Translations under genes and position numbers: made by a program | NCBI GenBank assembly: GCA_964247055.1 | Contig: OZ176055.1 | Coordinates: 9,114,001-9,178,000 of the forward strand | Direction of reading: 5' to 3' | DNA length: 64,000 nucleotides | Origin: Paragordius varius | Lineage: Eukaryota > Animalia > Nematomorpha | Notes under the pieces: model-generated | Told to the model about the DNA's origin: nothing | Databases searched by the model: none | The model's input: only the letters and a program-made list of their open reading frames with translations | In this document: positions 63,321-64,000 of the stretch, one piece after another | How positions within the stretch are numbered: position 1 is the stretch's first letter | How the letters are laid out: each line of letters starts with the position of its first letter

Positions 63321-63771
63321 ATGGTAAGTATTACATAATTTACACCATACATTATATATTATATTTTATACAATGTTAGTCAAAGAAAAAAGGTTTATCT
63401 CTTGAAGATAAAAGACAGAAGCTTATGGAAATATTTTATGAGAAAGTACATTTTTTTCAATTTTTAGAAAGATTGTTTCCAGTTAAAAGAAGTCGAGAAA
63501 TATGCATCGAAAGAGAAAAAAATTAATGCTCAAGTTGTTAAGGAAATTTTGCAATCTCTTGTGGACGATGATTTGGTGACATCGGAAAAAATAGGCTCCT
63601 CCATATATTATTGGTCATTTCCAAGTCAAGCTGGATTAAAAGTTTGTCCATATTTTATTTTAGAGGAATAATAAATTGATAGAGTTGGAAAAAGAAAATC
63701 GTGAATTATTAAAAAGGCGAGAAAATCTCGAAAAGGAAATCTCATTATCTGCGAAAGACAAAGAAGAATCG
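63321..63771 (+). CDS. MND1: Meiotic nuclear division protein 1 homolog, 5' part (continues beyond the window)
   Basis: Exons 63321-63323 (ATG only, followed by GTAAGT), 63380-63445, 63468-63641, 63664-63771. Translation [76 protein letters not shown] followed by coiled coil. Missed by the ORF track because of tiny introns. Confidence 0.93.
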
Positions 63772-64000
63772 GTATATTTACTATATGCTCTCGTTAAGCG
63801 TTTTTGTTAATTTCTATTTTTTTCAAAAAAAACCAATAAAATATAACTGGCCAATATTTATGGACCAGCGTTTGATCTGGCTACCAAAAAAACATTAATT
63901 TTACGGTTATCCCAATTTTTGTCTTCTGAAGCCTTGTTATCTTCTGCAGACGACTTGTCAAAAAATTATTCGATGCTTTATGACATATGGCGATTTCCTT

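Noticed and set aside
1-64000. tRNA, rRNA, CRISPR arrays or prokaryotic/viral genes
   Set aside because: None recognised by eye; all genes are intron-containing eukaryotic genes and the repeats have TE architecture.

Overview
Very AT-rich eukaryotic genomic DNA (roughly three-quarters A+T by eye) from a bilaterian invertebrate; the species cannot be determined from sequence alone. Five intron-containing genes can be reconstructed by hand: a 19-exon divergent myosin-ID-like gene (115-13749, +); an 8-exon mitochondrial-clan cytochrome P450 resembling CYP10 (25815-32149, +); TRAPPC4 (39384-41678, -); a solitary Hox4/Deformed gene (44865-54838, +); and the 5' part of MND1 (63321-63771, +). Introns and spacers are full of transposon debris: at least 13 copies of one Tc1/mariner-type MITE, several hAT MITEs (two nested, both with intact 8-bp TSDs), a 2-kb Chapaev3/CMC-like element with ~670-bp inverted arms, three decayed mariners, RTE LINE fragments and a Penelope fragment. 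The most striking system-level signal is intron architecture. Required introns of only 22, 22 and 33 nt, plus a likely 27-nt intron, coexist with kb-sized introns, and several mid-sized introns collapse to ~45-75 nt once a MITE is removed. Also notable are a Hox4 gene outside any cluster with an intron inside the homeobox, and a myosin motor with several normally invariant residues replaced. All calls are by eye; no database search was run.
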